NCBI GenBank assembly: GCA_030141605.1
Contig: JAQGDQ010000914.1
Span: 1-64,000, forward strand
Reading direction: 5' to 3'
Source of the DNA: Tubiluchus corallicola
Lineage: Eukaryota > Animalia > Priapulida
Length of the DNA: 64,000 nucleotides
This document shows positions 12,850 through 25,256 of the stretch, piece after piece (within the stretch, counting starts at the first letter, position 1; every line of letters begins with the position of its first letter). Both the position numbers and the translations under genes were made by a program. The notes beneath the pieces were generated by a model, which ran no database searches, was not told the origin of the DNA, and saw only the letters and a list, made by a program, of their open reading frames with translations.

Positions 12850-15520
12850 TAATATCATTATGCATGTACGAATAAAAATTTCTCCAAAGAGCAGCGTCAT
12901 ATATGACTACAGAGGTAACACATTCAAAGCAAAACCGATACGCTAGCCTATTTAACGCATGGTACTACGATTGTTCTGCATACATAGTGCACAAAAGGGA
13001 AGCGAATATGACATAAAAGTAGGAAAGGCTCTTTGGGTACATAAAAATATCTTAATTTAAATATGTGAAGGAAAAATATTGAGTCAATTATGCGGAGTTA
13101 TTTGAGTCTATTACCGACAGTTTTTATGTACATTTGAACAGAAGCGGCCAGTTCCAGGCGTTTTTGAGTCAATTAAGCGTATGAGTCTATTAACCGTGAG
13201 TCTATTAAACGGCGCCTACTGTAGTACAACAGCTTCTGAACAATTGTTATTTTAACTTTCTCGTTATAATTGTTAAAATTGTGAATAATCATTTACTCTA
13301 GTTGCCAAAAGACACTTTTGCAGTTTCATATCATCAAGATCAGTACCTTTTGCTGAGATAAGATGTCTAAGATATTTTTCAGAGTCTACAGGCATTTTAA
13401 TGTAATTTCCGCAATATACATCATAGAAAGGACTACTTTCAAATTGTTTGGCTTCATTGTCACAAGTTTTATTTTTCCTGAATTCAGCTCATCATCAAAT
13501 TCTTCAGCAAAGAACTGATTACTATTATTCAAAATATTCATGGATTTAACAGTAGTTGCCAATAGAGCTACGTCATCTGCATACATTAAATTATTCAATA
13601 TTTTATCGTTTAATCTACAACTAACTTGAGGAGCACTAAGGTGTACACTTAAGCCCTTAAAATAAAAGTTAAAGAACCGGGGAAATAGAATTCCACCCTG
13701 TCTGACAGTATTTCTGAATCCAAAATTTGCAGATACAAAGTTTCCACAACGTACACATAGTCTGATTAACATAAAAATATATTAAAATCCGTGTAATAAT
13801 TTTTGGCATGCTAGTTTTTGAATTGATCTTTATACTGCTTAAAACAGTTAACTTTATCGAAGCTATATCAGCAAGACACACATGTACTGACGTGCCCTTA
13901 ATAATACAGTAGAAATCAATTATATCTTTTAGCGTACAGTTAGTCCTCGCTTAACGACGCTAATGCGTTCCAGCAACACAAGCGACGTTAAACGAAGCCA
14001 AGACTTCCACAGAAAGCAATGTAAAAGAATTGGGATACGTTCCAGGGGAAAAAAATCAGTGCTGCTTAAATTATAGAAATTAAAGGTTTTATGAGTTTTA
14101 CTCATGTTTCTACTGATTATTTTTTCTGCTTCCTTGAAACCTTCCACACGCACACGCGCACGCGCGCACACACGCGCACACACGCGCACACACACGCACA
14201 CACACATGTATATATATATATATATATCTTACTTACCTAGCTAGCAGTTTCTCTTTGGTTAACATTTAACTCTAGGCAGGGGTTAAACAGTAAACACTGC
14301 AGCAGAGTCAAAACCAAGCACTGGACGACCTTGGGAATTCTATCTAGCTTGGTTACTATAGCAACAGGTTCCAGGCAAAATCCTGGCATAGAGTTTGCTC
14401 CCAGGTCTCGCTTGCCACAAAGGGTAGCATTCGGTGGTCAGTCGGGAAGCAAAAACTTATAAAATAATTAGACTATTTACGTTATTAGTACATTTTTAAA
14501 ACAGAATAATGCAATATGTACTGTCTTAAAGAATCAAATTAGGTGAGACAGTTGTTGATGAAAAAAATGGCGATGAGCAAACATGCGTCGTTACGTAAAA
14601 AAAAGATGTTAAATGTTCAGCATCATTAAAAACGAAACTTCGATAAACGGGGAGTCATTAGTATGTAGAGAGTCACAGTATCGAGTTCAAAAATTTTACT
14701 GCACACTGTACGCTAGGCAACGGGCCAGTAATTGCTGCTTTCAGTAATGGTCAGGTTTTGGTTTTTCACGACTGGTACAAACACTGAATGCATGAAGCAG
14801 ACAGGAATATAACCATGACTAGTCATGGCCGTTAATAACTGATAATAGGACACATACGTGTGAATATAGTTTAAATGTTCAGTAACTATTCCATCAGATC
14901 CTGTAGACTTATTATATCCGAGTTTTCTTTTAATGATTTGAAGCATCTCATCAGGAGTACTAGTAGGAACTTGTCCGTGCTCAATAATTGTGACTTTAGT
15001 ACCTCGTCGTTTTCAACAGAGTTAAATAAATGTGTGAAAGTTATTTGTGAAGTTGAAATTGAACACTTGTAGAAAACAACTAAACACCATATTACATGTT
15101 TGCACAAGAACTGAAACACCTTTATTCCACTAAATACACATGAGTAAAATGAAGATCACAACTGCTGCACAGCACTGAGTGTGTGACAGAGAGACAGTGT
15201 GTCCCATGAGTTGCACGACTGCACTGCCTGAGACAGAGAGTGACTAGCAGTGAAATCTAGCCAGTTTATATAGGTAGAGAAGTATGCAAGAACTTGGCTT
15301 CACATATCCCATTACAGTGAAAATAGGGGAGATCCAGTGAGTTTGCATATTCACTGGACCGAACAATTGTACTAAGGGTGAGTTGAACTAGTAAATGTTA
15401 AAGTAACTAATCAATAGATGGCAGCACCTAAAATATACAGTTACAACTTTCACAAAATGTCGTAATGTGATTTCCACATGTTACGTATTGTTGATGAAGG
15501 ATCAGAGGCATTATCTCATC
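12850..15520 (-). mobile_element. Fragmented non-LTR retrotransposon (CR1/L2-group RT) with nested insertions
   Basis: Minus-strand RT motifs VRQGGILFP, LMYADDVALL, KSTGSDGIVTEHL and NYWPVA; MWKSHYDILFNSV is restored when the solo LTR at 15033-15454 is removed. Confidence 0.8.
15033..15454 (-). mobile_element. Solo LTR, copy 1
   Basis: TG...CA ends (tgtgaaagtt...aactttcaca), exact 5-bp TSD aaatg, minus-strand TATA (cctatataa) and AATAAA; homologous to three other copies in the window. Confidence 0.85.
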
Positions 15521-17012
15521 CACTTTTGAAGAGAGTGGCAATTTAGAATGCGTGCGTACTGCTGACAAGAAAATTCTATTATAATTTTGTAAAAATTTGT
15601 ATGCCAGCTTATCCGATCGGATGGCTTCGCTGTGTCTTTTACACTCCCTTAACGCTTATTTAAATCGGGCTCGGCTAATTTTCATATTATCAGCATGTTT
15701 ACCTTACCTAGGTTTACCTTAATTAACCCACATAAGAAAACAAAAACGCGCTTCATCATTTTCATGTGCTACCATTTCATTCCACCCATGGATGACTTTA
15801 CAACGATCATGGGAACTGCCTTTGACTAACTTCCCTGGGCTAGTACTCTCGGCTGTTGCTAATAGGGCAAAACGCATATTGTATAGTTTGTCCAGGCGTT
15901 TTGTTTTACTACAGTGTATACAATAGACCGTTTCTAAAGGACTACTATTAACATACTATTAACAAATATATCATAAATATATAAATATTTATATCATCCC
16001 ATATATGAGCTTCATTCATTACATCATTTCATTTTAAGCACTAATGTTTTTTTTATCACGATTCACTATAAAATTTCTCTCCATTATTCCTCTCCACTAT
16101 AAGATTATCTCCATTATTTTTTTCTGTCACTGTGTGGGACAATCTAACAAGCCCTGCTTTTTGATTGCCCGCAACACATTTACCTTCGTGTATAAGTGAA
16201 CAGTGTTTGAGGCTTTTCCTGTGCAGTATTTCTTATTTGTATTATATCCATTGTAGGCCCTTTCACTAGATATTGTACATGAAACTAATGTAAATGTGTA
16301 ATGTGAAATAAATGACTAATGACTAATGAAGGAACGTTTATGTTAGCGAGTAATTCTTCACTTAGATCTCTGTGCTTAATTAAATTATCATTATTAGCCT
16401 TATCCCAGTAAAGCACCTCTTTTACATCCTGAAACTCCGGAGTGTTATGGTTAATATTCAACGTTTTTTCCAGAATCTGTCACCCTCAAGAATAAAAGAC
16501 GTATTAAATGACATAACCAAGGGCATATGATCATAGGAGCTTGATGATTAAAGTTCATCACCGTCGTTACACTAAAAATTTCATATTTGTCTGAAATAAA
16601 GTTATGCAACCAACCAACAACGCACATGCGCAGAAAAGACGTTGCACTTTGTGTAAAAGACGTCTGCGAAGTGAGTTTCAAGTGAAAATATCTTTCTCGG
16701 TGAAAGCTAGACGCAGAACGATTTAACTTGAAACATTTAACTACAACATAATTTCAGAATGGAATACTATTCCCGAAAAAAGTTGATTTGACTTGTTGAT
16801 ACTGATCACTCTGCTAATTGTGTGTCTTCGCGAAGTTTTTCCGCAACATTCTCAAAGGTCTAGTGCTACACTAAGCTACACTAAGCTACACTAGTGCTAC
16901 ACTAAGCCGTCTTGCTTACAACTGCGTGCTCTAGGTCTACGAAAGGCCCACAAATATTCAACTGAATTCTGTGTTGGTCTATTTGTCTTTAAGACCTACT
17001 AAGACGAGCATC

Positions 17013-18691
17013 ATGGTTTACCGAGAAGTAAAAGCAGTCATCCTCATTTCTTTATTAGCTTCAGTATTATATGGTAAGTAATGGACGAGTAATGGTTATG
17101 TTAAGAAGAATGGACGAATGAACGTCAGTTTTAATACAATTCTAGGACACTTAGTACCAGTCATTTGGGCACCAGACAGGTGGGCACCAGATGTCTTGCA
17201 ATATCTAAATGTACCAACTACAACCACCACAGAATAGCCCATTCAACCAGGTCGATTTATGGCAGATTAATATTTTCTCAAAATTCGGAGTACGTTTTTT
17301 TACAAAAAACGGCCATTTTGGCAGTTTTGTATAATATATCTAACGTTAAACAACAATTACTGATAATTATGATGTTGCTTATTATCAAGTACTTATAGTC
17401 CTTGATATAGTCCTTATGAAGAAAACTCTAATTAAAATGTTAGTATGTTAAAATAACCTAAAGCATAATGACAAAATAACATCTTTCATTCTAGCAGAAT
17501 ATTATTTTTGTCATTGGCTAGTTTTTAAAGGTTAAACTTAAAGAATTAATTTTTTGATTATATTTAGACTTACATCTCAGATTTTTCCTTTTCACTTAAA
17601 TTAAAAAATATCCGGGCACAGGTGATAAAATGGCTGCCTCTATATTTAAAACAGTTAAAAGGTCGTTTTTTGCAAGTTTGTTTAACTGATCAAACGAAAG
17701 CAAAGCTATTTCACCTTAGTAGAATTTCCTTCATTTAAAGCTACTGAACTGATTTATCTGGGGTTTTTTTGCTCTGTACCACATTAAGGTAAATCAAACG
17801 CAACTGTCAGCTTGGCTGACAGATCATCTGATTGCAGTGATGTATATTACCTATAATTATTCTGTTATCTTCAACTTAAAACTGTCTTTCCACTACAAAG
17901 TCAAGCTCATCCAAAATGGCCTGTCACTTGCGTCTTCTTCGAGGGCTTTCTTTTAGTTTTTAAGATTCTGCTTTATTTACCTCCGGTTTTTATGTATTTT
18001 TGTTTATCGCACACGTACAGGGCTAGGGTCACGAAATTCACAGGGCACACTCGGGAGGTAGGAGAATTTATGCTTATTCTCTCCGGGTCAAAAGTCATAG
18101 AGTGGAAGGAGCTTTTTTCATTAGGCTGGATCTCCGTCTTACAGATTTTGAGCTAAGGCCGCAATTTTGGGTGTCTAGGTGGCGTTGCGATCTTGTGTAT
18201 GGCCGAATACAGGCCATTTGCGTATGGGAAAGTTTATTCTAGGGGAGAAAAACCAAAAGTGGGGACACCAAGGCTCCCAGTGCCAGATAAGCGGTTTGTA
18301 GTACATCTGGTGAAAAGCCTTGGTGAGGCGATTGGTTGACCCCTGATCCCGCTAGTGGGTAAAAACGAAAATAAAGACAAAAGATTCCAGTGCCAAGCAA
18401 AAAGTAGGTTGTGGTGTATGAAATGAAAGACATCAATGAGACAAACTGAATGGCACTAGCTAAGTCTATGTTGGTTGGCCCCTTACCCCCAATAGGAGCA
18501 AAAACTGAAATTGGAGTCAGGGGTAATTAATTCATGTTTCTCTTAATCCTGATATCATTGTCCACAAACTCTTCCTTTATACTTAAGTGGAATGATGCAA
18601 GCTGAACAATTTAGCTACATCTTGTGTAACATGTAGGATTACACGAGTGATCCACCTTTCTGCATGTGTCACTTGGAAGATTATATGATAT

Positions 18692-18741
<50 letters not shown>

Positions 18742-18750
18742 GTGTGTGTG

Positions 18751-18782
<32 letters not shown>

Positions 18783-21700
18783 TGTGTGTTTATCTCCTGT
18801 TTTTGAGGTCCACACGTTGTAAGAAAAACCTCATGTTGACTTCTTCGGGAGAGTCCCTGAAATTCGGTGACAATTAAGAGTTTGAAAGTTTTATGTTCCT
18901 GTTCTCGATAAAGCCTATAGTTACCTACTTGGGATATTACTTAAGCTGGAATTATATCATCCGTAGTGCCAGTTAAGCTAGTAGTGCTAGCAAAAATACT
19001 ACTAGCACTAATGCTGTAGCCCTAGTAAAATGAAAACAAGAAGAACGGCCCGTTTAACTCAATTTGCCTAGGATGTAATTTAGGAGCTGAAAGGAGCTGT
19101 AATGTACTGTTTCTTTTGATAAGCATAGAATTATTCAGGAGTTATGACAACAACTTCCGGCTATTGTGACGTTCAGGTGGTAGTCCTACCCGACGTTTCT
19201 TTGATCTTTGTAATTCCACTACTATGTCACCACTCTCCACGCAAAAAAGCTCCAGAATTTTGTGCCAAACGATGAGGCGGACCTTATCATGCTTATCTCG
19301 TGCTGAGGACAGACTCACTAGTTTGCTTCATATACTGTCACGTCTGGAGCATCAGGATTAGCTTGTTATACTGGAGGAAGGTCAGCGTGCTTCTGAGACG
19401 ACTGCAGAAGAAATAAAGCTATTAAGAAGTGGCCAAATTTCAATAGATTTGAGAATGTCTTTACGGATTTCATTTCATTAACTCTGCCAACAAGAATACT
19501 CTAAGTACACCAGTTGTAAAGGAAAAGTTTGTAGAAATACGTTACTTACTTTATGACGGCAATACGATGTAAACGTATCACTCCGCTTTCCTCTGGACTA
19601 CACCAGCGAGGAAGAGAGGGGTTCCTGTTGTCTGGGAAACTCAGGATCTCCATACACCTTGCCCAGGCGTGCACCCTGGAGACGTTCAAGAATCGCACTA
19701 CTCATCCACAGTCGACGCTGCAGCTCCATCAATGCGATCAATCACTGACTCTCTTGGCGGACACTCCATTGTCTTCCGAGCCAGAAGGAAGCCAACCAAA
19801 CTAACGATATTTTGTACTTTGATTCTGACTCGGATTCATTTTTATTTTTTCAGCACAGTAATTCTTAATTATAATAAAGAATCTACATGATTTTCTGCCA
19901 AACTCATTAAATGTCAAACTTAATACAGAGAAGTTACTACACTACACAGGCTACGAAGACTGCTCTTTATCAATTCACATTCTGCTCATTGATACTGCTC
20001 AACTGTAACAGAATTTCGTGGATGTCATTTTTCAAAAGGTGCATCCTTCAAATTTTGCCATTTTTTAAAATTATAATTACTTTATAAAGTTTACACATAA
20101 CCTTTACATTCTGTCAGTAGATGGCACCACTGCATGCTTCTACATGTTTCTAGCACCACAACACAGCGACTCTTCTAACCTCCAATCTACATAATTTAAA
20201 TTAGCTAAGTTAAAAAAACAAGCTAAAAACATAAAATTGAATACAATTAAGAAACTACCTTACAAGTGCTGTTACATTTGCAAGGTAGAAAACCGAAGGC
20301 TTTAACTTGACTGTTGTGGAGATCGCTGGCATCTATGAGAATTAAATAGAATATTTATGAATGTTCCGTTAGAATAATCGTCTTACCTTGTAGAATGTTC
20401 TGGAAGAAAACGTCTAGAATGTTCCCTGGCACCCTATATAACGTGAAGCAGGCCGCTGAGAGAGAGACACGGACGCCACTTACACATTCTCTTGTATACT
20501 TACATTTTCAGATACACTCAAACATTTTCCAGATTTTCACGTTTAGTGTAATCATTTCGTTCGCGTTCCTTCATACTTTTGTGTTGTAGAATTCTCGCTT
20601 AATAAACTAGTTTAGTTTGACGAAGTGTTTTCTGCTTTTCTCTACGAGCCTTCCGAGAGAAACAAAACACAACATTAACACAGCCTCGTTTTATTGCAGG
20701 TTACCTATCACTACTATCATCGTCATCATCATCGTTCTTGTTATCCTCGCCGTTGCCGTCATTGTCACCATCTTCCAGATGTCCTGCTGGGTTTTTCCGC
20801 TTGAAAGGGATGCGAAACTGTTCAAAATGGCTGAACTGTGAGGACTTAAAGAAAGTCGAAATGAAGGAGAAACATTTTGTCAACGGAGGCTCTAAAATGG
20901 TATTTGTTAATTAACAACTTTTTACAAAACAAAAGGAGGTCTTGTTCTTTTCAACATCACTAGTGTCATCTTGCTCAATAGTTAACAGCTAATTACGTGG
21001 AATTCAAAGCAGACTGTGAAAGTTTTCTTAAACAGGTCTGACACTTAATTGTGAATTAGAAGAATCGAGCAACTTCTTGAAATGACTTAGGAGACATAAT
21101 TAATAACGTATTCTGATGTTTCTGAACCATGCTTCTATACTTCCCGTTAAACTTCTAGACTTTTTACAAAAACATGTCGTGAAAAGCAGGAACAGCAGCA
21201 ACAACAACAGCAGTAGTAGCAACAGCAGCAGTAGCAGCAGTAGCAACAACAAAAACAACAGTAGCAGCAGCAGCAGTAGCAGCAGCAGCAGTAGCAGCGA
21301 CAGCAACAGCAGCAGCAACATCAGTAGCAGCAACAGCAGCAGCAGCAGCGGAAATAGCAGCAACAACAACAGCAGTGGCAACAGAGCGGCATCAGTAGCA
21401 GCAACAGCAGCAGTAGCAGCAGCAGCAGTAGTAGTAGCAGCAGCAGCAACAACAACAAAAACAGCAGTAGCAGCAGCAGCAGCAGCAACATCAGTAGCAG
21501 CAGCAACAACAACAGCAGTAGCAACAGAGCAGCATCAGTAGCAGCAACAGCAGCAGTAGCAGCAGCAGCAGTAGTAGTAGTAGTAGCAGCAGCAGCAGTA
21601 GCAGCGACAGCAACAGCAACAGCAGCAGCATCATCAGTAGCAGCAGCAGCAGCGGAAGTAGCAGCAGCAACAACAACAGCAGTAGCAGCAACAGCAGCAG

Positions 21701-22545
21701 CAACAATAACAACAGCAGCAGCAGCGCTTATGATGATCACGTTCGCGTTTCTCTCTCATATGTAAGTTTTCTTTTTGCAGCTTGACCTTGTAACGTGGAA
21801 CAACCGGACAATCGTCATGGCCAAAATGAAAAGGAAACGCAAAGTGGACGGTAACTTGGCGGGAATGTTAGAAAACTACATCAAATTCCAAACCAAAACC
21901 AACGTTGTTCAACTCATTGGTTACTGCAACAAAACTTTAACAATTTGCACGGAATACCATAAACTAGGCAACGCAAAGACCGTTCATCAAGTTCTAGAAC
22001 AATCGTCAGTTCATGATACAGCGAGACGTCGTCTAAAGTTGTGTATAGACTATGCAAGAGTCGCTGATTTCTTAGACAAACAAAACCTTTATCAGTGCGA
22101 CGCACACAGATTGAAGAAACTGTTGTCACAGTACCTCCTCACGGATGACCACCAGCTAGTTCTCAATGACCTTGAAGATATTAAACCTCGGGAAGCCAGC
22201 TGCACGTATATGAATCTTACCCTACGTTCAGATCTGAACTTCGAAGCACCAGAATCGAGATTGTGGAACGACACTGAATGCACCACAGTTACATGTGCCA
22301 AGAAGCAGCGAGCCATCAAACACGCAAATGAAGTGTTTAGAATACCGGATGTTTGCTTGTCATTCTTCTTCGGGATTAAGGATAATTGGGACCAGAATAA
22401 AAGGGAAAGATTTGCTTTTGCTGTTGATACCCTAGCGCCCGTGCATCAGGCTTGTAAAGATGCGGATCCAAATAAGAGACCGTCAATAAACTCTGTTGTG
22501 AAATTTTATCGAAACGTTCTGGCAAAAAATTCGAAATTTAAATAG
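17013..22545 (+). CDS. POMK: POMK/SGK196-like protein O-mannose kinase, about 341 aa, 3 exons (17013-17073, 20700-20899, 21781-22545)
   Basis: Exon 1 encodes a signal anchor (MVYREVKAVILISLLASVLY). Exon 2 CPAGFFRLKGMRNCSKWLNCEDL matches the POMK CPxGxFRxxxMxNCSxWLxC motif. Exon 3 has VVQLIGYC, TEYHKLG, QCD...KLLSQYLLT...LNDLE, FEAPE, RIPDV and HQACKDADPNKRP. Phases 1/0 are consistent; total 1026 nt. It may be a paralogue rather than the orthologue. Confidence 0.82.
19150..19800 (+). mobile_element. Degenerate retroelement 3' end sharing its last ~130 bp with the 5S-SINE
   Basis: 19668-19796 aligns closely to 3141-3268. Upstream sequence is unrelated to the SINE body and has frameshifted traces (HILS...YT(W)R...VL) resembling a LINE CCHC region. 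Confidence 0.55.
21190..21726. repeat. Compound (CAG/CAA/TAG)n microsatellite in POMK-like intron 2
   Basis: About 530 bp of agc/aac/agt triplets; source of the poly-Leu/Ser/Ala ORFs. Confidence 0.95.
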
Positions 22546-23290
22546 TTTTTTAGGTTAGGTTTTGATCGTTTTGTACCAAACTTACTTGTACCAAACTTTC
22601 CTACATTCCCCACTGGGCTCGATCCGAAAAATAAACCATCAATTAACCATCATTAGACGAATTTAGTTCGAGACCTTTCGTTTGCTACACACACACACAC
22701 ACATATATATATATATGTATATATATGTTATATGTATTATATATATATATATATATTATAATATATATAATATAATAAGCCCATACCACCGAATAGTATC
22801 ATACAACATGTAATAATCTTGAATATCGCGCAGCAGTTTCAAAATTATCAGACAATGATTTCAAACATTCATATATTCGTTGTATTATTAATTTTATATT
22901 GTATTTAATATTATACATATATGTGTGCGTACTTGTGGGTTTATATAATATATAGTGAGTTTTATTATTTAACGTACCTTTGGTATATTGGTGAACTCTT
23001 GCTCTGCAAATGAAGAGTTCTGTTTTATTTTGAAAATAAACGAAATTTCATAAATGAATTCCACAACTGTGCAAAGTACTGATGACAGTCATGAGGGCAG
23101 AAGAACCCGCTATCACAAACAGAATTATATAGTACATACTTGATATTCGGATCACATTCCTTATTAGGTTGTTTCGTTTTGATCAGTTTTTCTAATCCTT
23201 ATCACTTTTTGTCCCAAGAAATCAAAGCTAAAGAAAGTTTTTAAACGATAGTCATGACACAAGTTTTTTGTAAGCTGCTGTGATAGTAGG

Positions 23291-23732
23291 CAGGGGCGGA
23301 TACAGGTTTCAGAACAACGGTGGGCCCAACAGAAAAGCAGTTAGGGGGTCTGGGGAAACAACGTAAGCTCCCCAGCGAGGTCCATCCGGACAACAATACA
23401 TTTTGCTGCATTTCAGACCATTTTCTGCCTTCCAGAAGCCATTTCCTCAAGGAAGCTCACTTGTTTGTAGCATGTGTCACCTCACTTTTGACTCAAAAAT
23501 CAAAAATGCATACACCAATATTTTGATATACACTATACAGCATACATGACGTACGTTACTTTCATCTGTTTTCTTGTGATACATGTTTTTTACAGATATA
23601 AGGCACCTTTAGGATCTAGCAAATTGTTCTAATGCTTATAACCCAGAAAAAATATTAATTTGGTGTTTTGTAACAGTTACTGTGAAAGGGAGGGCCCAGG
23701 CGCCTTGGGCTCACCCCTAAATCCGCCACTTG
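23291..23732. mobile_element. Probable MITE
   Basis: Imperfect TIRs caggggcggat ... atccgccacttg; no clear TSD. Confidence 0.5.
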
Positions 23733-23979
23733 GTACTTGCAGTAGGTACTTGTCTAAATGACACTCAGAAATACGAATGGCGATAATACGAGTTATTAAA
23801 ATAAGTGAATTCTATTCAAAATTAAAACGATTCTATGCTATTTCTCTTGGTTTTATCAGTTTTTTACATTTTTCGGTTTGTTTCCTACAGGGGAAGAGTC
23901 TTTCCTTGATGCCCTATATCATTTAATAAATAACTCACCATGTTACTAATAGTTAAAACGCAATTTTAAAGTTTGTCCC

Positions 23980-24447
23980 AAAAAACTTTCATACAAAAGT
24001 TATAACATTACGCTTACCTGCTTGAAAGACTTATGTACTAGAAAACAATTTGTTTATTAATTTAAAATGTTCTCGCCAACTGCGAAAACGTCACTGACTC
24101 ACCTTTCCAGTGTGCCCTAAAAACGTCACTGGCTCATCAGAAAAACGTATTGTTACTGTTACTGACGATATATAAAGTAATTTATAGTTTTGGTTATTTA
24201 GTGAAGAGTGCACCAGGAATGCTCTGATTATTTTCTCAAAGTTTATGGCAAATTTGTTTCAAATGTTATTTCTACCAGACACCGTTAAAATGGCTGCACC
24301 TAACGGACATCATAGGAGTTTACGTTTGCCAGCTTTATACAGCGTTATTGCTAGTACAAATTCTCTGCGCAAGATGGCAGCATGTAGGTGACACAAAATT
24401 TCAGCTTTTTAGCTTTAGGTAACTAAAGGGTTTTCTTGTGTTTTAAA
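23980..24447 (+). mobile_element. Partial copy of the Kolobok-like MITE family
   Basis: Aligns to 35005-35470 (cgcttacct..., aaaatggctgc(a/g)cctaacgg, gggttttcttgtg-tttaa end). Confidence 0.7.
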
Positions 24448-25054
24448 TTTCAAATTGCTTCCGTGAGGAAAGCATAACTAAGAACTGTACACTAGATTCA
24501 ATTAATGTTGTCGTGTATGTGCATGTATGTATAGTGTAACCCCTTTGCACTGTGCGTGTTATTATTAAAACATTACAACATCTTTAGTAACCACATTGAT
24601 TCATTTAGGCCTATTTCTAGTTTACAAGTTTACAATTTCAGTACACAAAGAAGTGAAAATCGATTATATACTCTATAACAGCAGAAGTGCTAAATTGATA
24701 CGATACTAAAATATAGTCAAAAATGTCGTTTACATCATTACATTACAAGCTCACAATTCTGTATAATTATTACAAAAAAAACGTATGGTTTTAGGGGAAA
24801 TTCAGAGTGGAATGTTCTTAATATATATGTACGTATTTACGATATTCACAATGTAAAAAAATACAATAATCATAGCAGCAAATAAATAGTTATGAGATCA
24901 AATACTTACAACACTGCATACTTCCAAATTGACTTAATGAATTTTATAATAAGCAGTTCAGAAAAGAAAAATCTGTGGACGAAGTTCCAGATTGCCAGTA
25001 GAGAGGCAGCTACATACACACTTTGCTATAACTACTGCAGAAACGATTAAACAA

Positions 25055-25256
25055 GTCACTTGACCGCCTCCGCCCTCTAGCTCTGGCTGCTTGTGCAGGT
25101 CCTCTGCCTAGTGTCAAGATACAGTGTGGGCACATCCCGCAAGCCTACAGCACCTGGTATTCCTAGGCGGTCACCAATCCAAGTACTAACCACTTCAGTG
25201 CTTAACTTCGGTGATCAGACGAAAACTGATGTTTTCAACGTGATATGGCCGTAGTC
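25055..25256 (-). mobile_element. 5S rRNA-derived SINE, 3'-truncated, abutting the STING-like stop codon
   Basis: Reverse complement reads gactacggccatatcacgttgaaaacatcagttttcgtctgatcaccgaagttaagc...ggttagtacttggattggtgaccgcctaggaataccaggtgctgtaggctt, then the same non-5S body as 3020-3096. There is no oligo-T terminator and there is an internal deletion. Confidence 0.9.

Noticed and set aside
21100-21740. Poly-Leu/Ser/Ala ORFs
   Set aside because: Trinucleotide microsatellite inside a POMK-like intron.
25140-25256. Functional 5S rRNA gene
   Set aside because: Internal deletion, no oligo-T terminator, and continuation into a body shared with another dispersed copy indicate a SINE.
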